DNA from: Candidatus Omnitrophota bacterium
GTDB taxonomy: Bacteria > Omnitrophota > Gorgyraeia > JABMRN01 > RBG-13-46-9
Direction: 5' to 3'
DNA: 64,000 nt
NCBI GenBank assembly: GCA_013203315.1
Contig: JABMQJ010000029.1
Coordinates: 635 to 64,634, forward strand
Shown here: piece after piece, positions 9,535 through 19,197 of the stretch
Layout: the number at the start of each line of letters is the position of its first letter
Numbering within the stretch: position 1 is the stretch's first letter
The notes under the pieces: generated by a model
Told to the model about the DNA's origin: nothing
Databases searched by the model: none
What the model saw: the letters and a program-made list of their open reading frames with translations, nothing else
Program-made: the position numbers and the translations under genes

Positions 9535-10922
9535 AGAAACTTCCCGCCTCACCCGGTGTTTACCTATTTTTCGGAGAAGGTAAAAAACCGCTTTACATAG
9601 GAAAAGCAACTAACTTACGAAAAAGAGTCTCAAGTTATTTTCAAAGTAAATACAAGCCGCCGAGAACGCGCGCCTTGGTCTCGCAGATAAAGGACCTGGA
9701 TTACATTACAACAGCCTCTAGCGCTGAGGCCCTCATATACGAAGCGAATCTAATAAAGGAAAAGAAGCCGAAGTATAACGTAGACTTAAAAGACGACAAG
9801 TCCTACCCTTTTCTTAAGCTGACGGTAAAAGAGAAATTCCCGCGGCTTTTCATAACAAGAAAAAAGATTCCCGACGGCTCCGTATATTACGGCCCCTACA
9901 CGAATGTCAAGCTTTTGAGAAAAGCGCTTTCTGTTATAAGGGGTATTTTTCTTTTGCGCCCGTGCACGAATTTACCGAAAAAAGCCTGCCTCAAGGCGCA
10001 TATAAAACAGTGTCTTGCTCCTTGCGACGGCACGATAGGCGAGGCAGAATATAGAAAGATAGTAAGCGAGGTAAGGCTTTTTCTGGAAGGCAGGAAAGAT
10101 AATTTAATGAAAAAACTTTCAGAAAGTATGCAAAAGACATCCAAAAGCCTGGATTACGAAAAGGCGCTTGCCTTAAGAGATAAAATCGAAGCACTAAGCG
10201 CGATGTGGAAGGGTCGAAAGGCGCCTCCCCCGTTAAATAAAGAAATAAATAACTTACGTGATGTTTTAGGCCTTCGCGTCGTACCCGCGCGTATCGAGGC
10301 GTTTGACATATCTAACATACACGGCTTGCTTGCGGTAGGTTCTATGGTGAGTTTTTTTAGCGGGAAACCTCAGAGGGATGAATACAGGAGGTTCAGGATA
10401 AAAAATGTAAGCGGTATAAACGACTATGACATGATGAAAGAAGTGATAAGGAGAAGATATTCCCGTCTATGGTCAGAAAAAGAACGCTTTCCGGATCTTA
10501 TATTAATAGACGGCGGCAAGGGGCATCTAAATGCGGTAAAAAGCGAACTAAATAAAATAATGAAGCATTCCAGGGTGCCTGTTATAAGCATTGCAAAAGC
10601 TGAAGAGCTCATATATACGGAAAACAAATCCGCCCCGCTAAAACTTGCTCGCAGTTCACCGGCGCTTAAGCTGATCATGAGAATAAGAGACGAGACGCAT
10701 AGGTTTGCCATTTCTTATCATAAACTTTTAAGGGGAAAGGACCTTTTACGTTCGGCCCTTGATGAGGTTGAAGGGGTGGGAGAGAAAAGAAAGAAGGCCC
10801 TCATAAACCATTTCGGCTCGGCGGGGGATGTGAAAAAGGCGAACCTCGTCCAGCTAAAGAGCGTAAAGGGGATGGATGAGAAAACAGCAGAAAAAATTTT
10901 ACAACATTTTAAAAAAGAATAA
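9513..10922 (+). CDS. uvrC: Excinuclease ABC subunit C (short form)
   Basis: N-terminal GIY-YIG (PGVYLFFG...LYIGKATNLRKR), Cys-rich region, UVR domain (YEKALALRDKIEAL), endonuclease region and C-terminal HhH (EVEGVGEKRKKALINHFGS). Confidence 0.85.
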   Translation: MDIKKRIKKLPASPGVYLFFGEGKKPLYIGKATNLRKRVSSYFQSKYKPPRTRALVSQIKDLDYITTASSAEALIYEANLIKEKKPKYNVDLKDDKSYPFLKLTVKEKFPRLFITRKKIPDGSVYYGPYTNVKLLRKALSVIRGIFLLRPCTNLPKKACLKAHIKQCLAPCDGTIGEAEYRKIVSEVRLFLEGRKDNLMKKLSESMQKTSKSLDYEKALALRDKIEALSAMWKGRKAPPPLNKEINNLRDVLGLRVVPARIEAFDISNIHGLLAVGSMVSFFSGKPQRDEYRRFRIKNVSGINDYDMMKEVIRRRYSRLWSEKERFPDLILIDGGKGHLNAVKSELNKIMKHSRVPVISIAKAEELIYTENKSAPLKLARSSPALKLIMRIRDETHRFAISYHKLLRGKDLLRSALDEVEGVGEKRKKALINHFGSAGDVKKANLVQLKSVKGMDEKTAEKILQHFKKE

Positions 10923-11187
10923 AGCATTAACTTCGTTTCAGAGACGTGTTTACAAAGCCGTTCTTGCGATTCCATCCGGCCAAACGCGTTCGTATAAATG
11001 GGTCGCGAAAAAAATAGGTACCCCGTGCTCATACCGCGCCGTAGGACAGGCGCTTAATAAAAATCCATACATGGGGACCATACCCTGCCACCGTGTTATA
11101 AAAACTGACGGTTCCTTGGGCGGATTTTCAAAAGGTAAAAAAACCAAAATGAGACTCCTAAAAAGAGAAAGCCTTGACGTTATATAG
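10876..11187 (+). CDS. ogt: Methylated-DNA-protein-cysteine methyltransferase, DNA-binding/active-site domain only
   Basis: PCHRV active-site motif and an HTH-like region (SYKWVAKKIGTPCSYRAVGQA). The predicted start overlaps uvrC by ~46 nt, so the true start is uncertain. Confidence 0.65.
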   Translation: MRKQQKKFYNILKKNKALTSFQRRVYKAVLAIPSGQTRSYKWVAKKIGTPCSYRAVGQALNKNPYMGTIPCHRVIKTDGSLGGFSKGKKTKMRLLKRESLDVI

Positions 11188-11202
11188 CCTATTTAGTATA
11201 AT
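11174..11202 (+). promoter_or_regulatory. sigma70-like promoter TTGACG-N17-TATAAT upstream of prfB
   Basis: TTGACG at 11174-11179, a 17-nt spacer, TATAAT at 11197-11202, then GAGAGGAA SD and ATG 11245. Confidence 0.45.
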
Positions 11203-11244
11203 TACCGTATTGCATAAAAGATTTTAGAGAGGAATTTAAGAAAA

Positions 11245-12355
11245 ATGATTGAAGACCTGAAAACAAAATTAGAAAACCTGAAAAAGAGGCTCGACACCTT
11301 AGGAGGTTATCTTTGACTTGGAGAAGAGCCGTAAAAGAATAAAAGAATTAGAATCCGAGATTTCAAAAGAAGATTTCTGGAAAGACAAGGAAAGAAAAAA
11401 TACCACTCTTAAAGAGTTGAAGCGCCTGAAGCAGTCTGTCGAACCCTTCATCGGAGTCTCTTCCGAGATCGACGATACAAAAGAACTCCTCTCTATTACG
11501 GATTCGGATGACAGTGCCTCTTTATCCCACCTCGAGGAAGTACTAAAAAAAGCAAAAAAAGAAATAGACCGCCTTGAATTCAAATGCCTTTTAAATAACG
11601 AAGGCGATACGCTTAATGCTATAATAAGCATTAACGCAGGTGCCGGCGGGACGGAATCATGCGATTGGGTCGAAATGCTTTACCGCATGTATACTAAATG
11701 GGCCGATAAGAAAAAATTTACAATAGAGAGATTCGATTATCTGCCGGGTGAAGAAGCCGGCGTAAAAAACGTAACGTTCATTATAAAGGGTGAACACGCA
11801 TACGGTTATTTGAAATCCGAAAGCGGGGTACATAGACTTGTGAGGATATCGCCCTTTGACTCCAATAAAAGAAGGCATACATCCTTTGCATCCGTGGCCG
11901 TTATCCCGGAGGTAGACGAAAACATAAAAATAGACATAAAGGAAACTGATCTGAGAATTGATACCTATCGGGCAGGCGGCAAGGGCGGACAGCACGTAAA
12001 CGTAACCGATTCGGCAGTTAGAATAACGCATCTTCCTACAGGAATAGTTACCCAGTGCCAGAACGAACGCTCCCAGCATAAAAATAAACGAACCGCGATG
12101 AAGGTTCTCAAATCCCGGATTTATGAAAAAGAGCTGGAAAAGAAAAAAGCCGACCTTGTAAAACAACATGAAGAAAAAAAGCTCATTGAATGGGGAAGCC
12201 AAATACGTTCGTATGTACTTCACCCCTATTCTATGGTCAAGGATCACAGGACGGGCTGCGAAACTTCTGCGGCGCAAAATATTTTAGACGGAGACCTGGA
12301 CATTTTTATAGACGCTTATCTTAGAATGTCAGCCGGGGGCGGAAAGAAAAAATGA
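11245..12355 (+). CDS. prfB: Peptide chain release factor 2; CDS is join(11245..11313,11315..12355) with a +1 programmed frameshift
   Basis: Frame 1 reads MIEDLKTKLENLKKRLDTLGGYL and ends at an in-frame TGA within CTT-TGA-C. After the +1 shift the protein continues DLEKSRKRIKE... It carries the SPF and GGQ motifs (RISPFDSN, GGKGGQHVN). The ORF track only reports the downstream frame, 11318..12355. Confidence 0.9.
11299..11317 (+). promoter_or_regulatory. RF2 autoregulatory +1 frameshift site (internal SD AGGAGG + TAT CTT TGA C)
   Basis: AGGAGG lies 3 nt upstream of the slippery CTT codon, which is followed by TGA C. This is the textbook prfB recoding cassette. Confidence 0.85.
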
Positions 12356-15300
12356 AATTCATTCTAAACAAAATCTTTGGTTCACAAAATAAAAAAGAAC
12401 TGGCTAAAGTCGAACCTGTAGTTGAAAAGATAAATAAGCTTGAGAGCGAAGTATCCAAACTCTCCGATAGCCAGCTTCGCCAAAAAACAGATAAATTCCG
12501 AGAACATATAAAAACCGAAAAAGAAAAACTTGCCCAAGCGATAGAAGGGCTTGAATCTCGCATGGAGACGGCGGCTTTTGCCCAGGAAAAAGACAAGCTG
12601 AAGCTTCAGCTCAGGGCCTTAAAGAATAGGATCTTTGACGGTATCTTGCCGGAGGCATTTGCCGTCGTAAGGGAAACAGCTCGTCGCAATGTCGGCATGA
12701 GACACTTTGATGTACAACTTGTAGGCGGGGTTGTTATGCACGAGGGAAAGATTGCGGAGATGGCAACCGGAGAAGGCAAAACCCTTGTTGCCACGCTTCC
12801 CGCTTATCTAAATGCTCTTACCGGGGAAGGGGTACATATTGTTACGGTAAACGATTATTTAGCCAAACGTGACAGCGAATGGATGGGCCCTATTTATAAA
12901 TTTCTCGGACTTTCAGTGGGTGTAATACAGCACGATATGTCACCGGAAGCCAGGCAAAAAGCATATGCCTGCGACATCGTCTACGGAACAAATAACGAAT
13001 TCGGGTTCGATTACCTGCGCGATAACATGATTATCCGCAAAGAAGATATTGTCCAAAGAAAATTCAATTTTGCAATTGTTGACGAAGTAGACAGTATTTT
13101 GATAGACGAATCAAGAACACCGCTTATCATATCCGGCCCTACCAATACGACGAATACCGCTTATGTGGAAATGAAGCCCGTCGTTGACCATATTTCCAGA
13201 TTACAACGCCGCCTCGTTGAAGAACTCCTGTTGAAGCTTAAAAGCATAGTAAATGACAAGGAAAAAGAAGAGGAAACAAAAAAACTTCTTTATCTTTTGC
13301 ATAAGGGTTCACCAAAAGAGAGGCAATTCCTTGATCTTGTTTTAAAGAACACCAAGATCAAGGTTCTTTTTGACAAGGCAACGAGTACTTACGACAGCAA
13401 AATGATGGAAGGGGACAGGGTTACGCTTCTGGAGGGGTTATATTTCGTATTCGACGAAAAAACAAGAGAGGTTACTTTTACCTCCAAGGGCGAAGATGTC
13501 ATGCGCCAAAAATTCAACGTGGAATTTATAATCGAAGACCTGGAGACAAAACTTTCAAAAATCACCGGTGACAAAGACCTTACCGAGGAGCAGAAGCTCG
13601 TAAAAGAGAGCGAGATTACCGCGCAGTATGTGGCGCAGCAAAAGCGCGTTGACAGCATAAAGCAACTTTTAAAGGCTTATATCTTATTCAGAAAAGACGT
13701 CGATTATGTTATCCATGAAAACAAGATCATAATCGTCGATGAATTTACCGGACGCATGATGCCGGGCAGAAGATTTTCAGATGGTATACACGAATCTATA
13801 GAGGCAAAAGAAGGGGTAGAAGTTCAGAGGGAGTCGCAGACCCTGGCTACCGTTACGCTTCAGAATTTTTTCAGGATGTACGGAAAGCTTGCCGGCATGA
13901 CAGGAACAGCGGCCACAGAGGCCGACGAATTTGAAAAAATATACGGCCTACATGTCGTTGTAATACCTACAAATAAGCCGTTAAAAAGAACAAACCTTTC
14001 CGATGTAATTTACAAAACCGAAAAAGAAAAGTTCGGCGCCATATGCGACAAGATTACAGATTTATACGAAAAAGGAAGACCAGTTCTCGTGGGCACGATT
14101 TCTATCGAAAAATCCGAAATCTTAGGCGAAATGCTTAAAAGGAGAAATGTTCCGCATTTTGTACTTAATGCGAAATATCATGAAATGGAAGCGCATATAG
14201 TAGCGCAGGCAGGAAGGTTCAAGGCTATCACGATTGCGACAAACATGGCCGGGAGAGGAACAGACATTCTCCTGGGAGGCAATCCGGAATATCTCGCAGA
14301 AGACGCCTTAAGCAATCTTTCAATCGAATCAGCCGAAGAGCGCGCCTCCGTTAAAAACAAATATCTGGAAGAATACAGAGCAAAAACACGACAGGAACAC
14401 GATAAGGTTGTGGAGCTTGACGGGCTCCACGTAATAGGAACAGAGCGTCATGAATCAAGAAGGGTAGATAATCAGTTAAGGGGAAGAGCCGGCAGGCAAG
14501 GGGACCCGGGTTCTTCAAGGTTTTACCTTTCGCTCGAGGATACCCTGATGAGAATTTTCGGTTCAGACAGGATAAAAATGATTATGGAACGTCTCGGCAT
14601 GGAAGAAGGCCAGGAGATAGAGCACCCGCTTGTTACCCGTGCCATACGGACAGCGCAAAAAAGAGTTGAGACGCAGAACTTCGAAATAAGAAAGCAGCTT
14701 CTTAAATACGATAATGTCATGAACCAGCAGAGGGAGCTTATATATTCCAGAAGGCGGCACGCGATCCTTGAAGACAGTTTAAAAGAAGACATTTTTGAAA
14801 CACTCGAAGGAATTCTGGAGGGATGGCTTGTCAATCCTTCGGAAAACGAAGAGTATCTAAAAAATTTCTGCAAGAATTTAAGATTTAAATTTTTATTAAA
14901 CTTTCATCCGGAGAATTTTTCCGGACTTTCAAAAGACGAAATAATCAAAAAAATTATTGAAATTTCAAGGTTACATTACGCAAAAAAGGAAAAGATACTG
15001 GGTGAAGAAAAAACGCAAACCCTTGAAAAAATGATTACGCTCGGCGTAATCGACTCAAACTGGAAAGACTATCTTTTCAGCATGGACCAACTGCGCGAAG
15101 GCATAATGTGGCGCTCTTACGGCCAGAAAGATCCGCTGGTGGAATATCAGCACGAAGCATTTGCGATGTTTGGCAACCTTATAAACACAATCGATGAGGA
15201 CATCGTAGAAAGGCTTTTCAAGACATTTGCCATAGAGGAAAAATTCACGCAAAGAGTGTTCAAAAGAGAAGAAGAAACATTCATACACGAGGAGTATTCC

Positions 15301-15483
15301 GCTTTAGAAAGGCCGCCGCAGCCGCCCGGCAAAGACACGCTTAAATCACCCATGCCCGATGCGATGCCGGATACAAGGCCCGGCCGGGATACCACGCATA
15401 GAAGAAAAACCCCTAAAGTCGGAAGAAATGACCCCTGTCCCTGCGGAAGCGGGCGTAAGCATAAGAAATGTTGCGGAAAATAA
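12352..15483 (+). CDS. secA: Preprotein translocase ATPase SecA
   Basis: DEAD-like motor motifs, an extended preprotein cross-linking domain (PPXD) and variable region, and a C-terminal SEC-C zinc motif DPCPCGSGRKHKKCCGK. 1043 aa. Confidence 0.95.
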   Translation: MKFILNKIFGSQNKKELAKVEPVVEKINKLESEVSKLSDSQLRQKTDKFREHIKTEKEKLAQAIEGLESRMETAAFAQEKDKLKLQLRALKNRIFDGILPEAFAVVRETARRNVGMRHFDVQLVGGVVMHEGKIAEMATGEGKTLVATLPAYLNALTGEGVHIVTVNDYLAKRDSEWMGPIYKFLGLSVGVIQHDMSPEARQKAYACDIVYGTNNEFGFDYLRDNMIIRKEDIVQRKFNFAIVDEVDSILIDESRTPLIISGPTNTTNTAYVEMKPVVDHISRLQRRLVEELLLKLKSIVNDKEKEEETKKLLYLLHKGSPKERQFLDLVLKNTKIKVLFDKATSTYDSKMMEGDRVTLLEGLYFVFDEKTREVTFTSKGEDVMRQKFNVEFIIEDLETKLSKITGDKDLTEEQKLVKESEITAQYVAQQKRVDSIKQLLKAYILFRKDVDYVIHENKIIIVDEFTGRMMPGRRFSDGIHESIEAKEGVEVQRESQTLATVTLQNFFRMYGKLAGMTGTAATEADEFEKIYGLHVVVIPTNKPLKRTNLSDVIYKTEKEKFGAICDKITDLYEKGRPVLVGTISIEKSEILGEMLKRRNVPHFVLNAKYHEMEAHIVAQAGRFKAITIATNMAGRGTDILLGGNPEYLAEDALSNLSIESAEERASVKNKYLEEYRAKTRQEHDKVVELDGLHVIGTERHESRRVDNQLRGRAGRQGDPGSSRFYLSLEDTLMRIFGSDRIKMIMERLGMEEGQEIEHPLVTRAIRTAQKRVETQNFEIRKQLLKYDNVMNQQRELIYSRRRHAILEDSLKEDIFETLEGILEGWLVNPSENEEYLKNFCKNLRFKFLLNFHPENFSGLSKDEIIKKIIEISRLHYAKKEKILGEEKTQTLEKMITLGVIDSNWKDYLFSMDQLREGIMWRSYGQKDPLVEYQHEAFAMFGNLINTIDEDIVERLFKTFAIEEKFTQRVFKREEETFIHEEYSALERPPQPPGKDTLKSPMPDAMPDTRPGRDTTHRRKTPKVGRNDPCPCGSGRKHKKCCGK

Positions 15484-17006
15484 CACCTTCTTTAAAAACA
15501 AATCTCATATCTCAGCTCGTACTAGCTTTTGTATCCGCTTTTCTTTTAGTTTTGTGCTATCCGAACTTTAACCTCGGATTTTTAGCCTGGATTGCACTCA
15601 TCCCGTTATTTTTTGCCATTGAAAATAAAAAATCAAAAACCCGATTTTTTACGGGTTATCTTTTCGGTATTATATTTTTTGCAGGTATTTTATACTGGCT
15701 TGCTAACGTAACCGTGCCGGGAACAATTGCTACGGTGCTTATACTCGCCTTCCTACCCGCTATATTTTGTTTACTCGCCTCTCCGTCCATTGCATCACGC
15801 CCGGGATCGGTTGTATTTTTACCGTGCGCGTGGGTTCTTACCGAATACCTGCGCACGTATATTTTTAGCGGTTTTCCATGGGCACTTTTGGGATATTCCC
15901 AAAGCCCTAATCTCCCGGTGATACAAATAGCAGACATAACAGGCCCATACGGCGTTTCATTTTTAATTGTTCTTGTAAATGTCGGAATATACTTGGCGTT
16001 ACGAAGAAAACCGAAAAGATTTTACATTTTATTTTTTATAACTGTTTTATTTGCTTTAGTTTTAGTCTACGGCGACAATAGAATCAAACGCGCTTATCCT
16101 GCTAAGCTCCTAAAGGTTGCCGTCATACAGGGAAATATCCCGCAAGAGATGAAGTGGGACCCGCGGTATAGAGAATTTATCCTGAATAAATATAAAATGC
16201 TTACGCAGGTGGCATTAAAAGAATCTCCGGGCCTTGTGGTTTGGCCCGAGACGGCCGTGCCCGGTTATTTGGACGAACCGGATTTGGAAAAGCAAATAAC
16301 AAACCTTGCAAAATCCGGTAATGCATATCTTCTGGTAGGTACGCTTAAAGAGGTAGGGTCGAAAGTCTTTAATAGCGCCACACTTATTTCCAATAAAGGC
16401 GAAATTCTAAAAAGCTATAACAAGATTCATCTTGTTCCGTTCGGCGAATTTATTCCGTTTGAGAAAGCATTCTTGTGGATGCGCGGGGTTATCGATAAAC
16501 CCATCGGAAATTTCGCGCGCGGAAATGAATTTACCGTATTTAAATTTAATTTAGAAAAAGTTACGCGCACAACGAGCAAAATTCAAAAGAGCATGGAGTT
16601 TCATAGCTTTTCGACCCTTGTATGTTTTGAAGACATTTTTCCCGACCTTTGCAGAAAATTCGTTAAAAAAGGAGCCAGATTCTTGGTGAACATAACAAAT
16701 GATGCCTGGTTCGGGAAAAGCCCCGCACTTTATCAACATGCGCAGGGCTCTGTTTTTAGGGCAGTTGAAAACCGTGTCCCGGTTATCCGCGCCGCAAATA
16801 CCGGTTTTTCATGCATCATAGACCATAGGGGGAAAATTTTAAAGTCTGTCAAAGTCGGAGAAGACGAAATATCCGTAGACGGTTACGCCGTAGAGGTAAT
16901 AATGCCTACTTTTATAAAAACAATTTATACGCGCTTCGGGGACGTGTTTAGCTGGTTATGCATAGCTTATGTGCTTCTTGGGCTTTGGCGTCGCAGGAGG
17001 CCCTGA
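15468..17006 (+). CDS. lnt: Apolipoprotein N-acyltransferase
   Basis: N-terminal multi-TM region followed by a CN-hydrolase domain (VAVIQGNIPQEMKWD...; ...WPETAVP...) and a C-terminal TM segment. Confidence 0.85.
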   Translation: MLRKITPSLKTNLISQLVLAFVSAFLLVLCYPNFNLGFLAWIALIPLFFAIENKKSKTRFFTGYLFGIIFFAGILYWLANVTVPGTIATVLILAFLPAIFCLLASPSIASRPGSVVFLPCAWVLTEYLRTYIFSGFPWALLGYSQSPNLPVIQIADITGPYGVSFLIVLVNVGIYLALRRKPKRFYILFFITVLFALVLVYGDNRIKRAYPAKLLKVAVIQGNIPQEMKWDPRYREFILNKYKMLTQVALKESPGLVVWPETAVPGYLDEPDLEKQITNLAKSGNAYLLVGTLKEVGSKVFNSATLISNKGEILKSYNKIHLVPFGEFIPFEKAFLWMRGVIDKPIGNFARGNEFTVFKFNLEKVTRTTSKIQKSMEFHSFSTLVCFEDIFPDLCRKFVKKGARFLVNITNDAWFGKSPALYQHAQGSVFRAVENRVPVIRAANTGFSCIIDHRGKILKSVKVGEDEISVDGYAVEVIMPTFIKTIYTRFGDVFSWLCIAYVLLGLWRRRRP

Positions 17007-17007
17007 A

Positions 17008-17667
17008 ATGCCGAGGGAAAAAATTACAAGGAGACAAAAAAACGTGTCAAGATTAATGCGGGAGAGGAAACAGGGCCGCAAGGATAAATTGAAAGCGTTA
17101 AAGAAAAAAGGCAAACAGTTGTTTCCCGTAATTTTAGCGTTAATTCTTATTTCTTTATCTTTTGCCGCTAACGGCCAGGGCAAAACGTATTCTATGGGAA
17201 AATTCCGATTTACCCTCCCGTTCGGTAAAAAATACAATTATGACGACATACTTGTAACAAGAGTTATTGACGGCGACACTGTAGAGCTTGCAAACAGGGA
17301 AAGGGTGCGTTTTATAGGCATAGACACCCCGGAATCGCGGTATAATTCAAAACTCAAACGGGACGCGAAGCGCACAAAAAAAGATTACAATACCATAATC
17401 GCAATGGGCAAGAAAGCCACAGTCTTTACAAGGTCTCTTGTGGGCGGTAAAAGGGTAAGGCTTGAGTTTGATATCGAGAAAAAAGATAGGTACGGAAGGC
17501 TTCTTGCTTACGTGTATCTTCCGGACGGAAGAATGCTTAATGCCGAGCTCCTAAAAGAAGGCTACGCCCAGGTTTATACTTTCCCGCCCAACGTAAAGTA
17601 CGTCGCCAAATTTTTAAAACTACAAAAAGAAGCCAGAGAAAATAATAGGGGCCTCTGGAAGGAGTAA
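17008..17667 (+). CDS. Membrane-anchored thermonuclease (SNase-like) family protein
   Basis: ORF track 16969..17667. ATG 17008 has an AGGAGG SD and sits right after the lnt stop. Highly basic N-terminal tail, one TM segment, then an SNase fold with motifs VIDGDTVEL, FIGIDTPES and YGRLLAYVY. Confidence 0.75.
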   Translation: MPREKITRRQKNVSRLMRERKQGRKDKLKALKKKGKQLFPVILALILISLSFAANGQGKTYSMGKFRFTLPFGKKYNYDDILVTRVIDGDTVELANRERVRFIGIDTPESRYNSKLKRDAKRTKKDYNTIIAMGKKATVFTRSLVGGKRVRLEFDIEKKDRYGRLLAYVYLPDGRMLNAELLKEGYAQVYTFPPNVKYVAKFLKLQKEARENNRGLWKE

Positions 17668-17816
17668 TAGGAAAATCAAAAGTTAAGAAAGACATTGCGA
17701 ACACAATGCGACCTTCCGGTTTGAATGAGCGGCTAATTTTAGGTAAGTTCCTACGTTACCGCCAGTTGTGAAAATACTTTACCTTTAAAGAATTAAATGG
17801 TAGACTAATCAAAAAT

Positions 17817-19166
17817 ATGGGACACAAGGCCAGATTAAAAAAAATAAAGAAGCTATTACCCCATCAAAACAAGCCCCCCGCACTTCCGATTGAAAGCAAA
17901 TTCCCAAATTCTCTTAAAACAACAGTAGTATTTCTTTTGTTATTTTCGTTGCTTTTCACCGGGGCAATCTTACGTCTCCAAAATCTTTCAAATGTGCAAA
18001 GAAGGACCCCTGACGAGCTTGTATATACACGTCAAGCCGGCATAATAACACAACAGGGCACCGAAGGCATACGGCGTTTGATACGCGAATATAACGCCGA
18101 CGAAAAACAATGGATATATCCGCCTCCAACGAGGGTGGGCTATCTTTGGACCCTTGCCGTTTTCATGAAAATGGTTAGCAAGAACACTTTGGAAGTAGGC
18201 GCGTATCTTTCTTGTTTTTTTAGCATAATCTCTTTAATACTTTTGGTGGTACTGGGGTTAAGATTTTTTAACAGATGGATTACCTTATACGCCCTTCTCT
18301 TTATGAACGTTTCTCCTGTTGCCCTGGCGATCGCGCGGAGAACATGGCAGGATGCTATGCTGGGTGCCGTTGGACTTTCGCTTATCTGGCTTTCCTGCGA
18401 GATAATTCGCGCTACTAACAAAATCAAATGGATTATTGTTTTTATATTAATCGGAAGCTACGCTACATTAATTAAGGAATCAGGAATGCTTATTTATGGT
18501 TTATGCGCTGCGTGGCTCCTTTTTACTTTCCTGATAAATGAAAAGTCATTTAAAAAAGCGATTCTTTTAATGACTTTAGGCGGTCTGGGCATAGTAATTA
18601 GCGTTGTTTATCTATCGCATGCTGCCGGAGGATTCTCGAATATTCTGGAAGTCTGGCAACACGTTAAAGAAGCGATGCCTACCAATAGATATGCGATTGA
18701 ATATCAATCAGGGCCATGGTATCAATTTGTTGGAAGCGCATGGATAGTAAGCCCTGTAAACACAATTCTATTCCTCATAGGAATGTTGGGTACTTTTTTC
18801 TCCCGTTCATCAGATTCTCGCAGCCCTGCTTCAGCAATCGATAAAAATCGGAATATAATTTTTGGAATTATAATTTTTATTATAACATTTATGAGCATAA
18901 CCGTTTTAACGCCTTACTGCCAAAATGTAAGATATGTAAGCGTATTATTTGCGCCGTTCTATCTGGTAGGCGGCGTGGGGTTGTGGCATATTATGACATA
19001 TATCAGGAGCAAACTCGATAATTTCTATTTTTCTATTGTTGTTGCGTGTGTTGTTGTGTCGCTTATTATCAGTGCGGCGATGGATTATCAGAATTTCATC
19101 AAAATATTTGTCAAAAAAAGTGCTATAGATACGTCGATCCGAACATTGAGGGAATGTTCTAACTAA
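17817..19166 (+). CDS. Polytopic membrane glycosyltransferase of the ArnT/PMT (GT83/GT39, GT-C) type
   Basis: First extracytoplasmic loop carries RTPDELVYTRQAG, resembling the ArnT/PMT DE-x-RYA motif. About 11 TM segments. Family assignment is from memory. Confidence 0.5.
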   Translation: MGHKARLKKIKKLLPHQNKPPALPIESKFPNSLKTTVVFLLLFSLLFTGAILRLQNLSNVQRRTPDELVYTRQAGIITQQGTEGIRRLIREYNADEKQWIYPPPTRVGYLWTLAVFMKMVSKNTLEVGAYLSCFFSIISLILLVVLGLRFFNRWITLYALLFMNVSPVALAIARRTWQDAMLGAVGLSLIWLSCEIIRATNKIKWIIVFILIGSYATLIKESGMLIYGLCAAWLLFTFLINEKSFKKAILLMTLGGLGIVISVVYLSHAAGGFSNILEVWQHVKEAMPTNRYAIEYQSGPWYQFVGSAWIVSPVNTILFLIGMLGTFFSRSSDSRSPASAIDKNRNIIFGIIIFIITFMSITVLTPYCQNVRYVSVLFAPFYLVGGVGLWHIMTYIRSKLDNFYFSIVVACVVVSLIISAAMDYQNFIKIFVKKSAIDTSIRTLRECSN

Positions 19167-19197
19167 ATTTATAACAAATCTTAAAGCGGAGATAAAA

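Noticed and set aside
11657-12277. 206-aa minus-strand ORF opposite prfB
   Set aside because: Antisense to RF2, which is unambiguously identified by SPF/GGQ and the frameshift site.
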